A stretch of 64,000 nucleotides of DNA from Trichoplax adhaerens. Taxonomy: Eukaryota > Animalia > Placozoa. How positions within the stretch are numbered: position 1 is the stretch's first letter; every line of letters starts with the position of its first letter. Location of the stretch: assembly GCF_000150275.1 (NCBI RefSeq), contig NW_002060972.1, positions 252,500 through 316,499 of the forward strand. The letters are read 5' to 3'. The position numbers and the translations under genes were made by a program. Shown piece by piece: positions 41,123 to 55,400 of this stretch. The notes below the pieces were generated by a model that was not told the DNA's origin, did no database searches, and was given only the letters and a program-made list of their open reading frames with translations.

Positions 41123-42185
41123 AGGAGTGGATTCATCTTTTGTCGTTGTAAAGCTGTCACTGTCAAAAGATATCTCTCCAATGTTGTAATATCAATAAAA
41201 CTCTTGTTCAATTAAAACTTGTGTTTCGCGAATGTTGTGTACTGACATTTCTTCGGGTGTATGAGCTACAGTAATTAATTATTTATGCGCACTTTCAGTA
41301 GTTTAATTGAAGATGATTAATTCAAGTTCCTTATTGCATCAATGTAGTTTCTGACTTTGCACAGTATGCATGAGGTATCTTTATTGAGAGCTATTGAAAT
41401 ATGAAGTTGAAATGCCCCTGTTGCTGCCGAGATGTTTTTCTCGTTAAAGATATTGAACAAGCCAATAGTGCAGGTAGTTAATACCTACTTATTGGCGTAG
41501 ATATGCATATCACGCACATATAAAAGATCATCCATTTATAACTATATGATTCAACATCAGTCATAATTATACAGTATTTTACTTCCCGGTAACTACAGCT
41601 TTGGAGCTAGAGTTGAAATTAAACTTTAAAAATACAAGAGTAGCATTAGTAATAACATTAAATTAAGTTCATTACAGTATTTTATTTCGCCATGGCAACA
41701 GCTCTGAAGGGAGTCAAAAAAATAAGATTAAAATAAAAAAGTAGAGCTTCATGTCTACTGTAACAAAAATACAGCACTAGTCATTGGTACATTGATGCCC
41801 TTGAATTAAATCCAAAATGTAAGATCGCAAGACAGAAATTGAGTCATCTCCAAGGTGTACTAGTTATTGATTCGTGGTATAGTATTTATAAGCATATTTA
41901 TTCTTTGGTTTAGTATACAATGTCAAAATTATAGCCTAACGATAGCAATGGCTTACACTCTAGCATTAGCTTGTCATCTTAATTTAATTAGGTGAACGTA
42001 GCTTCAAGCTACCAATCAAGATATTAATAACGAAATTAGTAATGCATCCGATATAGTGGACTGCGAATTTTGCGTATAAGCCAGGTATCAATATTGCACT
42101 ATAGCAGCACTAATTGTAAAGCAGAAAGGAATTTCAACGCTCAATCCCTGAATATCTTCTTCAGCTAAGCTACTGATGGCTGCAA

Positions 42186-45072
42186 TCATTCTTTATTATT
42201 TCTCTCTAGCATTCGTAAAATAGCTTCTCCAATATATCTTGCATGTATTTTGTGAATATAATGGCCTCCCGTTTTGAATACAATCTGTCGAAATGGATTG
42301 GTTTTAATATCATACAGTACGGAATTGTTTTCTTGAGAGTCTAGATAGTTATTTTGAAAAGAGAGTATATAAGGTAGCAGCAATAAGTTATAGGTCGATA
42401 GATTGAAGAAATCATTTTAGCGATAATCTACGTATACATATCGAAGTTCATTCGGTAAGAGCACTTTAAAATAATTGGCCAAAATAGTGTACAAAAGACA
42501 TGAACAGATACTTGTACCTGGTTCTATACTTTCCGTGGCCATTTCCTTCAAGGTCTTTAATCCAAGGGCTTGGCAATTTTCATTCAAGATTTTGTTCTCT
42601 ATTAGATGATCATCAATACCGTGAACCAAAAGTACTGGAATCTTGCTGCGACTAATATGTCGTAGATTTTGGTGATGCAGCTGAAAGTCGGCAATACCAC
42701 ACATGCGAACAGTATTAGGCATTTCGTCTTTGCTTAATTTATTGACATTAAAGCCCGAAAGTTGAAAGGCATAACGCAAAATACTGGAGATAGCTGCGCT
42801 GGTTATTGATGAAAATTCTAGCATGTAGGCTCCAAATTGAGTTACTGCAATGAAAGAAGAATTGAATTAATGTAGCTGAACGATGACATAGCGTTGATAT
42901 GCTCTACTTTCTTATTTAAATCATTATTTTCTACACGGAAAGAGATGTTAGATATTCAAATGCTTTACAGTAAATCGTGCCAATGGTTATGATGTCATTG
43001 CATTTATGTATATCCAGTATCTTATATAACTTGATAGATTACTATCACAGTTGCATATCTTCAACTACTAAATATATTATACAGCTGCATTTATTAACTA
43101 TAGTCAAATGGCTAGATAATAAATCTATTTTGTGTCCATTTCAATGCTTTGATACTGTTTAATATATCAGATAGAGATATAATCTTAGTTTATAGCTTAA
43201 CATTTCATCTTTTAGCTTTGACTGAGACATTACAGAGAAATTAAATGATTCTTTACTTTAACCATTTTTCTAATAGAAGAGAAATTTTACGGATGGACAG
43301 CAACTAGTTCATAATATATAATTCGCGGCCGGAGAGCCATTACGGTAGCTTTAAGCATATCATTTTACGCGTACAATTTGATAAACTACCATCACGAGCT
43401 GCATCTTAAAGCAAGAACATGATGGTGTTGTGTACAGTATAGTAACTAGAACTTATAAGATTTAAATATTATATACCGTTGGATATAATAGATAGAGATA
43501 TTACTGTAAATCTGTCTATCTTTTAAAATTAGCCATCCTTACTAAAATAAGGCCTTAGACCAGCATGCGGTCGGCCACCAACACTCGATAAAAGTCCATA
43601 GGATAAGACTAAATTGGGTTGAACAGTTGATAAAGAGGTTACGATGGAGCAGCCAAAACTAATTCCAACTGCCATGTTGATTTTTGTAACCCCGATATTA
43701 TCTAAAAATGCAGCTACAAACTTAGCCAAATTGTGAGCACTATAGATAAATTCAGGAGGTTTTTCAGACGATCCAAATCCAGGCATATTAAGCCGAATAA
43801 CGCGAACACCGGCTGGAACTAGTACAGAAGAAATATAACGAAAATCCAAATGGCTACCTACATTGAAATATTATAAAGTTAGAATAGATGAAGAGAAATT
43901 AAAAGCTAATGGTAATTTATCGTACTATCTTACTCTACCTAATTCATTTATTACGACATACAGAATATAAAAGTTTTGTAGCGCTTATAGATATCAATAA
44001 AAAGATATTTGACTATTTAATAATTACTAATCAGACAGTACATGATTAATTCATCTCCAATTTGTGGCAATTGATTAACATTTTACAACACTAGATAGAG
44101 CACTACACAGCCTAACAGGGTGCTTTTACATGACTGACGTACATTATTGCCTACTTTCGTCGTGTAAATGGCGATATTGAAGATACTTCTTCGTCAAAGT
44201 AGAGATCCTCCTTCTTTACTGCATTTTGCCTACGTTTTATAATACTAGCTATAGCACTATACAGGATGAAATCAACATGCCTAATGTGTATTATTGCCTA
44301 CTTTCGTTGTGCTGAAGGTGATGTTGAGAATATTTCTTCGTCAAAAGGTAACTGATGCTTCTTTCTTTACACACTAGATATACTACTACTCAATCTATCA
44401 GGATAAATTAACAAACCTTATGTACATTATTGCCTACTTTTTTGTGCTAAAGGTGATTTTGAGAATATTTTTTGGGCATAAAGCAACCAATACTCCTTTC
44501 TTTACCGTAATTTGCTAACAGCCCTGCAACGTTAGTGCCGCAGATCGACTGATCAATGGACTCATGCATCTAGATTATATGTACTGTACTTTCTATCCAA
44601 TGGTTTATCTTCAGAAATGCTCAACACTACAATAAGGGAATGTTTGTATGATAATAAAAGTAAAATGTCATTATTGAAGTTATTTGAAGTGGATTCGATG
44701 TAATGAAGGGGATGCAAGATAAACATTAACGTAGGAAGAAAGTTATACTGCTAGTAAATCGAATTGATTACCTGGGCAGCCATGGACTACCAATGTCACT
44801 AATGGCGATGTGCTATTTTCATCGGTGTAACTCACATTAAAATGATTCGTACTCGTTAGCCCTAAATACTTTCCTGGAACATTGGTAAATAGGAGCTCGG
44901 GATCGGAAGGCGTTAATAATTCTTGGTTAAATTTACTTGCCTGATGCAGTGATGATTTGATAATTGTTATATGAGGATGGAGACTCTTCGCAAACGGCAT
45001 GGTAGCTGCATTATGACAATAGTAAATTGTAGATCTACGTGATATCACTCTAGCAATAGGTAACCAAGCCAT
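42186..45072 (-). CDS. Alpha/beta hydrolase, DUF1057-like, paralogue 3 (~365 aa, N-terminal extension)
   Basis: Exons 44772-45072, 43543-43857, 42518-42844, 42186-42340. Motifs: HGCPGSHLDFRY, NMPGFG, GISFG, GIDDHLI, GGHY. Same intron positions as paralogues 1 and 2. Confidence 0.9.
44095..44510. repeat. Three degenerate ~140-bp copies in intron 1 of hydrolase 3
   Basis: ttattgcctacttt at ~44144, ~44291 and ~44427, with similar flanks. Confidence 0.75.
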
Positions 45073-46539
45073 CTTTGGTTCTATTTCAGACTAGTAATTC
45101 TTGGATAATAATTAATGTCAGTCTATCAAAAAACTCTAAATATCTTTGGTTGAAAGCTTTAAAAACCAGATAGCAGTCACGACAAGTCATTTATTTTCAT
45201 TGAAATAGCTAGAGAGCAAAAGCGACGACAGAATCATAGTATTGGCTTATAGATACTCGTCATCATAATCATCTGTCGTGATGGAAGTAATTGAATAACG
45301 ATGGCAATGCTGGCAATGGATCAATAGTAAGAATCAACCCAAACTTGACTTCAATATGGTCACCACTATCCAGGCAGTTGGTCGGCATTGACTGCGTTAA
45401 CAGGATGGTGCTTGCGGTAATTGGATTGTTTACCTTTATTAATTATTTGCAGCAATGGAAATTAGTACAAAATTACTCTGTCCTAGCTTCACGAATAGCC
45501 AATAATACTGTCAGAACTAGCTAAAATTAAAGATAGATTGAAACATCGAGTGCTACTATCGGGATAATAATGTCATTTGTTAGGTACTATTTCATGCTGA
45601 AAGCGGATAATTTTGCAGTTAGAAAGAGTTTCTCCGACGTATAAATAGCAATTACAAGATGGAGAAAGTGGGAAAGTTCTTATTTGCTACCAATCACTCC
45701 TTTCAAAGTTGATAGATGGTCAAGCTAGTCTTAAAAGATGTCGATATTGTCTCTGTTGAGCCAGTAATAGCCTTATTAGTTTAATATGGCCTATCTTGCT
45801 GGGATAGATAGTTTACAATATCAACGAATCACTTTAATGGTATCCAATTCGACAGAAAGTTTATAAACAGACCTTGTAACTGAATTCTCTAATTCAAGGA
45901 ATACCGGACGGACAAGTTGTTGACAAAGAATCAAATATTAGCAGTCCATTCTATTCTGAATAGCAGACAAGCTGTTATACATCGAAGAGGATACTACCTT
46001 AAATGGCCTAGCGCTTGATAGAGTAACGTAAGTGGAAATAGTTTTCTCAGCAAATTGAACCATTTTAAACTTAGATCTGTAACACTACTTCAAACACTAT
46101 GAAAGAATTCAAATTGCCATTCATTGATACCATCGATTTGTTGTAGGTCCAACTGCTTTCATCATTTGGCTCGATTTACGATTGATTCTTCTTCATAAAG
46201 ACTGGATATCTTAATCGCTGGTTGATAACGATTATCCGTTAACTTATTGTTTGTGTTATCTTGCTAAACCGTTAATGACACCGATCCAAGGGATGGCGAT
46301 CCGAGAACGACTTCAACAACCCATAGCGACCATTATGAGTTATAATCCTTGCGATAAAGGTAAGCTGTAGCGTTTACCAGGTTAATACTGGATGATGAAG
46401 TCAAGTAGAAAGGAAGGTGATGAGCATTGTAGGGTGAGAGAGTGATATCATCATTAAAATAGATCGCCAGTAGAAGTGAACGATAGGAATCATAGGATGT
46501 TACCCATTATCTGCTATCCCTACTCTTGTCATTTTAAAA

Positions 46540-47740
46540 ATTCCATTAGGATAGTATAGTGGCATGATAGTATAAGCCATATCACATATACAAGAAAGGA
46601 CCACTAAAACTGAAAGCCACTCGTTTGTTTCGCACAATTATAAGACCAGATTTCGTTTATTAGTATCATTTGATCAGCCACAGTACCTGCTCTAATCATT
46701 TTAAGCAATTAGGATAAGGCAGTGGCATGATAGAATAAGTCATGTTACGTATGCAATAAAGGATCAATAAAATTGCAAAACCACTCAATTTACTTTCGCT
46801 TAAGGCCATATTTCGTCTTTCAATATCATTTTATCCTGAGTAATGAGTAGATGATGACGAAAGGCAACGACGACAACATTGAATAGCTGTCAAAGTTTAG
46901 AGTGGAACGATCGCCGTTGCACAAAACTAGCTTTCACTGTGATCTAGACTTGGTCATTTCAATATGATTTTACCACTACGTACAGTATTTCGCTAGATAG
47001 GATAGCGCCTGGTTGAATACTGTAAGAAAAGGAATAAATCAAGATCGTATTTGTATAAAATGGATTAAGACAATTGTTATCGCATAAAACAAACTTTTCC
47101 TTGCCATTTGATAGAGTCATCTTGAAACGAGATATTGGCATTCGTCGTGAGCTAAATACAACAACGATAAATTGAATTGAACATCAAAATTAATTAGTAA
47201 TAAAGATTGTTGACCACGACGATCGTTGTTACACAAAGTTTACTTATGCCTATCTCTAGATTCGATCAATCTCTCCAATGCGATCGATGTTTCCATTCTT
47301 AGAGAGTCTATCGCTAGATAGAGCAACGTTAGGTTGAATACTACAAGAGAATCATGATCGTATTTGCACTAAATAAATTAGAACGGTTATTGTTGTATAA
47401 AACATACTTTCTTCGGGAAATTACCTTGAGTCATCTTTAAACGAGATACTGGCATTCATCGATAGCATCGATTGCTAGATAGAGTAATGACAGATTGAAT
47501 TGAACAGTGGCATTAAATAATACCCGGAAATAATGATTTTGACCATAACGATCGCTATTGCATATTGTCTCCTTACGAAAACCTCCTTTCGCATATCATT
47601 AGATGGAATAACAGTGGTTTGAGCTCATCTAAATTCGATCATTTTAATGCGATTTTACTATTCGTATCATTCTATTGCTAGGCAGAATAACATTAGATTT
47701 AATACTACAGAAAAGTGGAAAGTAAAGATCGTATCTGCAT
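46540..47740. repeat. Degenerate tandem duplications (~160 bp x2, then ~310-350 bp x3)
   Basis: agtggcatgatag.ataag.cat twice; cgctagatag...ggttgaatact...gatcgtatttg and gagtcatctt.aaacgagata.tggcattc.tcg recur. Confidence 0.65.
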
Positions 47741-48097
47741 AAGTTTCCTTTCATCTACGGCTGGACTTGATAATAACTATGATTTTCTCAATTGTATAAA
47801 GTAAAGTATATTGATAGTTGTCATCAGAGTAAGTTTAATGTTAAAAGGAGTTGTTAGTCAAGGTTATACTTTTCATGAGACTAGCCTAATCAAATCTTTG
47901 ATCATTTTAATTTACACTTTGAATCTTTTCTTCTACCATTTTATCTTTCATAAACAGCAGATAGCGAGATAGAATAATATTCAATTCAATACATTTAAAA
48001 TCTGTCATTACAAGGACTGCCGTCTCAACATGTTCTCTCCATAACTCAACACGACTGAATATTAAATCGTTCGTAATAACATTTTACAAATAAAGAA

Positions 48098-50925
48098 ATG
48101 GATACCTCCATAATGGAACTAATAACTTCAATTTTTGAGACAACGATACTATTTTTCGCTACTTGTACTTACTTTAGATCGCGCTAGATCCATTAATTAA
48201 AATAATATCATTATTCCTCGTAGGCTGAATTTCTTATTAAAATATGGGTATTTATGTTTTGTTGATTTGAAAAATTATAGTCGATACCTATCAAAGCAAA
48301 GGATTATGGAGACTATTTATTAATGAAGATGAACTAGTTTGTGAAATTTTAGCAACATGTTCACGCTTGGAAGTTCTATGCCTAGCTGAAATTAAGGTTT
48401 ATATCGTACTCTATTCTTACCGTATGCCTATCTATTTTAAAAAAATATTAAATAAAGCCGGAATTTTTTACAGATGATTCGACTAACTGATCAACGATGC
48501 TTATTTCATTCTATTTTTTAGCAGCTTTATTTTCATAGATTTATTGGTATTAACTGATAAAATTAAAATTTAAATCAGTTATGTAGTATTAAGCAGATAT
48601 AATTTAGCTCTTTTGCTCTTTCCTTTCATCGTGATTTCGTCTTATTTTTACGTATATTTTCGTCAATAAGCAGTTAATTTTGTCGATGTAAATATGATGC
48701 GATAGCTTCCATAGCAATGGATAGACGTGTATGGGCATGGATGTACAAAAAATTATTCAACTTGACACCCTATCATCATTTAAGAGATTACAATTTAGCC
48801 GCTGACTGTCCTTAAAAGATTGCTATTATTTCATTCTATAGGTGATGCAGTTAGCTAAGCAACAAAATTCCATTTTGAAGCGATCCTTTACCACCACTTT
48901 TGATTCAAAGGGTAAGCAGAAAAGAAGACAAAAACATAATGCCAAAAGACATCATCAATATCCATCAAAAAAGGATAAATTTCGGATTAAAGTTTATCAA
49001 CTAGAAAATCAGAAGCATAGTGCTTAGTATAGACTTCAATCACTTCTCATAGTGATTGGATCATCCTATTTGATCGTAAATATATCTTCAGTTTATATCA
49101 GAATCATCATTCTTTTAATCCTAAAATTTATAAAATTACAACTCAATAGACAGTTTGATGGATTTTATTAGTAGATACTCGTATACAGTAGCAGATATTC
49201 TGTAGAGCTGATTAAATTTTTTAAGTTAATTAAATTAAGGCCTTCTCTATGATATGCTCTTGGGATGTAGGTTATTGCTTGATAAATTTAAATTACAATA
49301 ATATATAAAAATGTTTTTATCAATACTACTAATTAAACTACAAGGCACAAAAAAATTTGCACGGGCCCCGTGCAAACCCTACGGGGCAGTAGGACATTAA
49401 CTGTTGCTCGTAATAGGCGTTATATTAAGCCTGTTAGCTCTAGAATTAAACGTACGGATATGCCCTTTGACTTTCTTTATTTAAAATCTTTTGCCAACTG
49501 AATTATTAGAGCATTTAGCCAAGTCTAGAGTCCAAATCTATTTCAAATACTTCAAGTGTATGAATTAGATTAACATGAAAGTCTATCCAATTGTGACTTA
49601 ACGATCCCATAATATTCATTCAACAACAATCAATTTTCTATGTCCATACTGTACAATATACAACTCCTACAATCTTCTTTGCCAATAACTATCAAACGTT
49701 ATATCATATTTGAAAATGTCCTAAGCTAAGCTCTATAATCATTTCCTAGAGCTTAGATACTCTTTCTATAGTCTAATAATCGTAAAGAATGGTTAAATTA
49801 TCCTAGTTTAGAATTATTTAAGCGACAAAAATTTACAGATCTATCGATATTAATAACTTTGTAATTGCTTTCCAGCCTACTTATTTTTAAATGAAATGCA
49901 TCGATATTTTAACTACATCTCGGATAAAGAAGATATTTCATTACCTGTATGTGAGCTATAAAGTATTTAATATTACCCTAAATTTATTTTTAAAATTCTC
50001 AACTGCTAATGCTACGTATGCAACTTGATTTAAACTTATTATAGGTGTATTTAAGGACATTAGGAGTCGATATGCTTTTTCCTCATGCTCTTCTATTTAT
50101 TGATAATCCCAATAAATTACTTACCGTCGAGATGAATCAAAGTTCGCCCATGACAGGTACCTTAATATGTATTTTAAATCGACTTTGCGATGTAACTATC
50201 TGGATACATATTTCTCTATATTATCTATACAATTAAATTTATCTATCTAAAATTTGAATCAATCTAGGATACTTTGACCAGTTGGCTAACTTGAATCATA
50301 TCTTGACCATTAGCAATACTTTACGCGATAAAATTGATGAAGAACCTTTCCATAAATATATAGCTCATCAATTGGCTTTGCTATACGTATGTAGGAATGA
50401 TACTTTGTAGCAACTTTAACATTATTTCTCTTAATTAAGGCAATCAATTTGTTCCCTTAGCGCGCTGTAGACCATCTTGGGTCACGTAAAAAACAGTATA
50501 AACAAATTATCCTGGAAAGATTTGAAGAAATTAAACAAGCATGCCAAAATGTTAATCAAGATTCATCATCTACTTTAACACCAGAAATGAAGTCATGGTT
50601 AGCCCATAAACTTATTTATTCATTGCATTGTAAAATGATTCCTTGTGATTTCCTTAGCGTTACACGTTTTGCTGTTGCAGTATAGTCACATTATACTACT
50701 GCTAATGAACACACATGCAAATTAATTCTATTAGCATGACTAATTGATTAATACGATCAGATTACTTCATATACCGATACTGAATTAATTCTGTTGTTCT
50801 TGTTCATTTTTAGGATTGTTGACTTAACAACTTCAATAACTGATACTATAAGGACTTTACCCCATGATATTACAGATAAAATGCAGCCATTTATTAATTT
50901 TTATCTAAAATATAACAATTACTAA
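48098..50925 (+). CDS. Uncharacterised protein (~283 aa, 9 exons)
   Basis: Phase-consistent exons 48098-48164, 48281-48396, 48842-48911, 49510-49557, 49876-49946, 50045-50156, 50268-50386, 50461-50597, 50814-50925. Includes GYFDQLANLNHILTISNTLRDKIDEEPFHKYIAHQLALLYRAV. The 5' exons are less certain. Confidence 0.72.
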
Positions 50926-52493
50926 GTATTCAATTTCTGCCATACCTTAAGAAGAATACCCATGACTCTCTCGTGCGATAGTAAATGAATTATATATCTA
51001 TATCGACATGAGATTTGTGTTATCTTACAAAGATTACTCGTATACGTTTAATTATTCTGATATAGAAGAACTGTTGCGTTTCTTTTCGATTCCTGAACCG
51101 CCCATTAGGAACTATTGTAACAAAATGAGAATATTACGAATGGCAGATCTTAAAAAAATGCAATACTAGTGGAATAGTTTCGACGCTGAAGAGGAAAATC
51201 CAGCAGTTAAATAATAGTTGACAATTAAGAAATACAAGCATTTATTACTATTTATCAACAGCGATTAAAGATGCTTATCCTTTATTCCATCAATTAATCA
51301 ATATATAATAAAATTGGTTAATACTACAGTTGATTATTTCTTACTCTTTATCGATGAGGAAAGCTGCTGTAGCACATCAAGTTTTCCATGGTTTTGACTG
51401 AGAATACCTCATTTTCATATTGAAAGGTGGTTGAAATTAAATCCTTTTGTAAAATTTGTAGCTAAAGTAAATAATAAGAATGTGATGGGGTATCGTAATG
51501 ACTAAAAAATGTAGTTTATCACTTTATACGACTGGTAGACTAGATGCGAAGAGTCATGTACTCCAATTAGCCGATTTTTTTTAACTACAAGCCATAAAAA
51601 TACTTTAAAACCGACCACCGTAATAAAGAATAATAAAAACTTCCCTAACCACTAGTCAAGTCGATGTAAAATAACTATTTTTTATTCAAATGCAGATTCA
51701 TAAAATTGGAATAATGAAAATAGAATAGAAAAAATGGTAATATTAATGATGATATAAAAATAATAATAATTAAAAATGTCTATTTCAAATATAGCGGTAA
51801 ATTGACACATCTCTCTGCATTGTTGGATCCATAGAAGTGATCAGATCTTGATAAAATTTAAATATCTATATAAAAGCTTTGGTAGATAGCTAAAGAAATT
51901 TCACAAAGCTTATTGTCTGCATAGCAGGATTAATAATCGGCGCTAAAATGCCAATAATTGTAATCAGTCCAAAATGAATTAATCAAATTCAGTTTCTTAA
52001 ATAGTGTTATTGTGATAATCATTTTGAAGGTAAAAGCTTACAATAATGCCATAAGAAATATTTTATACATTTTTTAAGGGTAAAATTATCCAAGAATGTA
52101 TCGTACCGTAGATATAGCGGAGAATCTCAATATTCCTAGTCAGGCTGTAACAAAATGCATGCCACTATACATTAATGGCCAGAAAAATGCCGTAACATAC
52201 GAAATATAAAATTATAAACATCCAAAGATTGTTATACAGATTTACAAAGTATGAGAGATGCATACATCAATGGTAATACAGGTAATTGTATGTGGTGCAA
52301 TCATACTGCAACACTGAACATTTCATAATTAAGTTTTGGCAATAAAACGCATATAATAATTAATTCAAATTTGTCGATGATGAACAAATTTTATGATTGA
52401 TAATATTTGAATCAAGTATTTTAGTAAAAGTAATTCCTATTCATTTGATCGAAATTGCAATACTATTAGCACGTCCAGCTTTATATGATCCGT

Positions 52494-55400
52494 TTAATTT
52501 CGTAGAATAGAGATAATTTCTTGGATTGTTGTACAGATACGTAAAACGTCCCTTTCGTTCATAATATCTCCGACAGAACATAACCGATGCTATCCGAAGA
52601 TAAATAACGTTAGAGCTATAGGTTCGGAAATATAATATCTATATGGAACGTAACCTGATTAATGATATACCCACCTTTGGCATTCCGAAAACACTACAAA
52701 CGTCAATAAAGGCACTGACATTTTGAAATTTTTTCGCCTGGCTTATTTCCGGCTAGGGAGTAAAAACCATCAATATTATAAATAACAAAATTAAATAAAT
52801 GAACTCTTATTTATAAAAGCAGCATGATATATACGTCTCATAAGCATCACACAGGTACCTGATCGACTGAGGGTTCATGTACTCTGCCGATCGTTCTTGG
52901 TCTTAAGGCATTAACAAGATAGCAGAGGAGTATACCATCTGACAGAGCTGACAATAGATTTTGGCTGACATTTGTTTGCAGAATATTTTCCATTAACTAC
53001 AAAGAAATGTTATATAAAATTTGTCAATGATTTCTAGCAGAAATATACTGTATACTTGTTAAAAATTAACCTTTATGACATAGTTATAATAAGAAACTGC
53101 TTACTTGTCTAGTGTACTCAATTTGATCAACTTCAGGTCTGGATACTACTCGCCAGCGAGCATCTGCGCCGCTATTAGGTCCAGGAGATTTTGTTGGCGA
53201 CCCGATTTGGCTTCTAGTCCGAGTATTAATAGTTAAAGACTGCGGCCGATTCACAGGTCCAGGAGATAGTTGTTCCTCCTACGAATGATTGACAATGATA
53301 CCAAAACACATTGGAAGTGTATCAGTTAGATCTAAGATTAGGCAACCCAATGATATGTCATCATTACGTATTTACAAAAATGGATCTTATGGAAGTTTTC
53401 ATTTCTGTAACTTTACGCTACATTAAGTTATCTTAGATAAAATAAATAACGAAAATTAAACATTGAGATTCTACCTGATAACCCAAATCATTTATCATTT
53501 CTTGGCTGGTATTATGCTATTCAATAAACAGTAAGTCATTACGAAGATATCGCAGCTAATATTAACATTTATCAGATAGTCTAATTGCAGTATTGACAGG
53601 TAATTAACTTACTCGTTCGAGGTTTTGATCACTGCCTAGCTCCTGGGAACTATATCTTCTATTAGGTATCTCCATCTCTTCATCGTAAACTTCATGATAT
53701 GACGCCGCTCTCCGAGGATTCTGAATCTAAGGTGAAACAGGTATATCACCAGTTGTAAGTTAATTTGTTAGATAATTTTTATAAGGTTCATCAGTTCATG
53801 TTATATAGCTACTTACGGTGTCTTCATCATAATCTGGGTCGCTGAATAAGATTAAAATGATTTTTAAAATAGTCAGCAAACATTCAGATTAATAACCAAT
53901 TTTATGCAAAGTATCTTCGAAAGTACTTTTACTTACTCAATTGATATTATCTCCTCATCATTGTATCCAATAGAATTTGATCTATCGTTCTCGGAGGAAT
54001 AACTATCACTTGGCTTGGAAGATGTTGGCGATCTATTTTAGTGAATGAGAAAAGCTCTTAATATAAATTAGGTATGGCTTGACTTTGAATAATAATATCA
54101 ATTGATCGTACAACTTAAAATTTTAACGCTGTAGTGAATCACGTACAAGTTGATAGATTCAGAACGTTGCCGTAAAATCATTTCATGTTGTTGTTGCTGA
54201 AGTTTTTTAGCCATTCGCCTTCTTTCCTCCCTAATCAGGTCGTTATCGAATAATCTCAAGCTTTCGTTACTGGCAAACCGTCTGATATGCGCTTTTTGTT
54301 TAATGGCTGGCGTTCTCCGTAATCTTGGTGGAGGTTGTAAAGACACATTTCTCTGAACAGTTGCAATTTCTTCAGCATCTAAATTTGCTTCATTTTTACC
54401 GTTTGTTAGCTGTATTTCGAAAATCAAGTTTAAAAAGGAGGTAGGATTACTTAAAATCAATAAATAACCTGTAGTTTAATTTCTACATAATATAGTTTTT
54501 CAATTTTCGAAATATCATCAATATAAGTTCTCTTCAACATTGAAATGTCTTATCTGAATGGAGAAAATTATACTCACAGTCGACGAATCATATTCCTCAT
54601 CGTAGATGTCACTATCTTCGTAATCCAATTCTTGTTCGGTTGCACTCATGCGCGGACTACGATCTTGGGAGCCTTGGGGTAATGGCATTGCCATATTATT
54701 TACATCTGTCGTTTGATTAGCGTCTGATTCCATATTTTCCATAACGCGATTTTTGGCTATTGTAGCATTAGATAGGCGCAAGCTTGACCTTCTACGGGTA
54801 GGTTTAGGAGGGGTTGGAGTAGATCTACTTCTGCTTCGATTACCAGAAGGTTCAGAATAAAGTCTAACAGGTCTCTTTGAGGGGAGTGGAGATTCCTTTG
54901 GTGAATCTGTTGTTCGCTGATAGTCAAAGTTATCAATACTGTGAGTTCGTACTACTACTCCGCCTTTGTTTTGCATTGCAGCAGTTGTATGCCTATCATT
55001 TTGTCTGAATTTCATTCCCGATATAGATAGCTGTGCATGTTCCTCTCTCAACGTCGGTAATTGAGAGGCATCAGACGTTAAGCTAGAAGATTGAGTGGAA
55101 GAAGTGGTATCGATGGTTGCTATAGAAGAAAGGCTTAGTTCTGATACCGTATCATCTTCCTAAAGTGTTGTATCATAGCGTTCAAAAGAAAATTTGATAC
55201 AATCTTTTAAAACATGTCGGCTTATGTCAAAGTGTCAAACTATGCTAACAGAAATTAAGGCCAAAGTGATATACGAAGTTAAAGGCTATTTGTTCTTTTT
55301 CTTAGACAGGATGACATACCTTATGATTTGTTGGGGTTACTCTAAATTATTTATTTGTAAGAATAAAACATTAATATATTTTAAATTGGGAAGATTAAAT

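Noticed and set aside
45291-46450. ORF with a hydrophobic stretch upstream of hydrolase 3
   Set aside because: Interrupted by stops, with no supportable splice chain or family motif.
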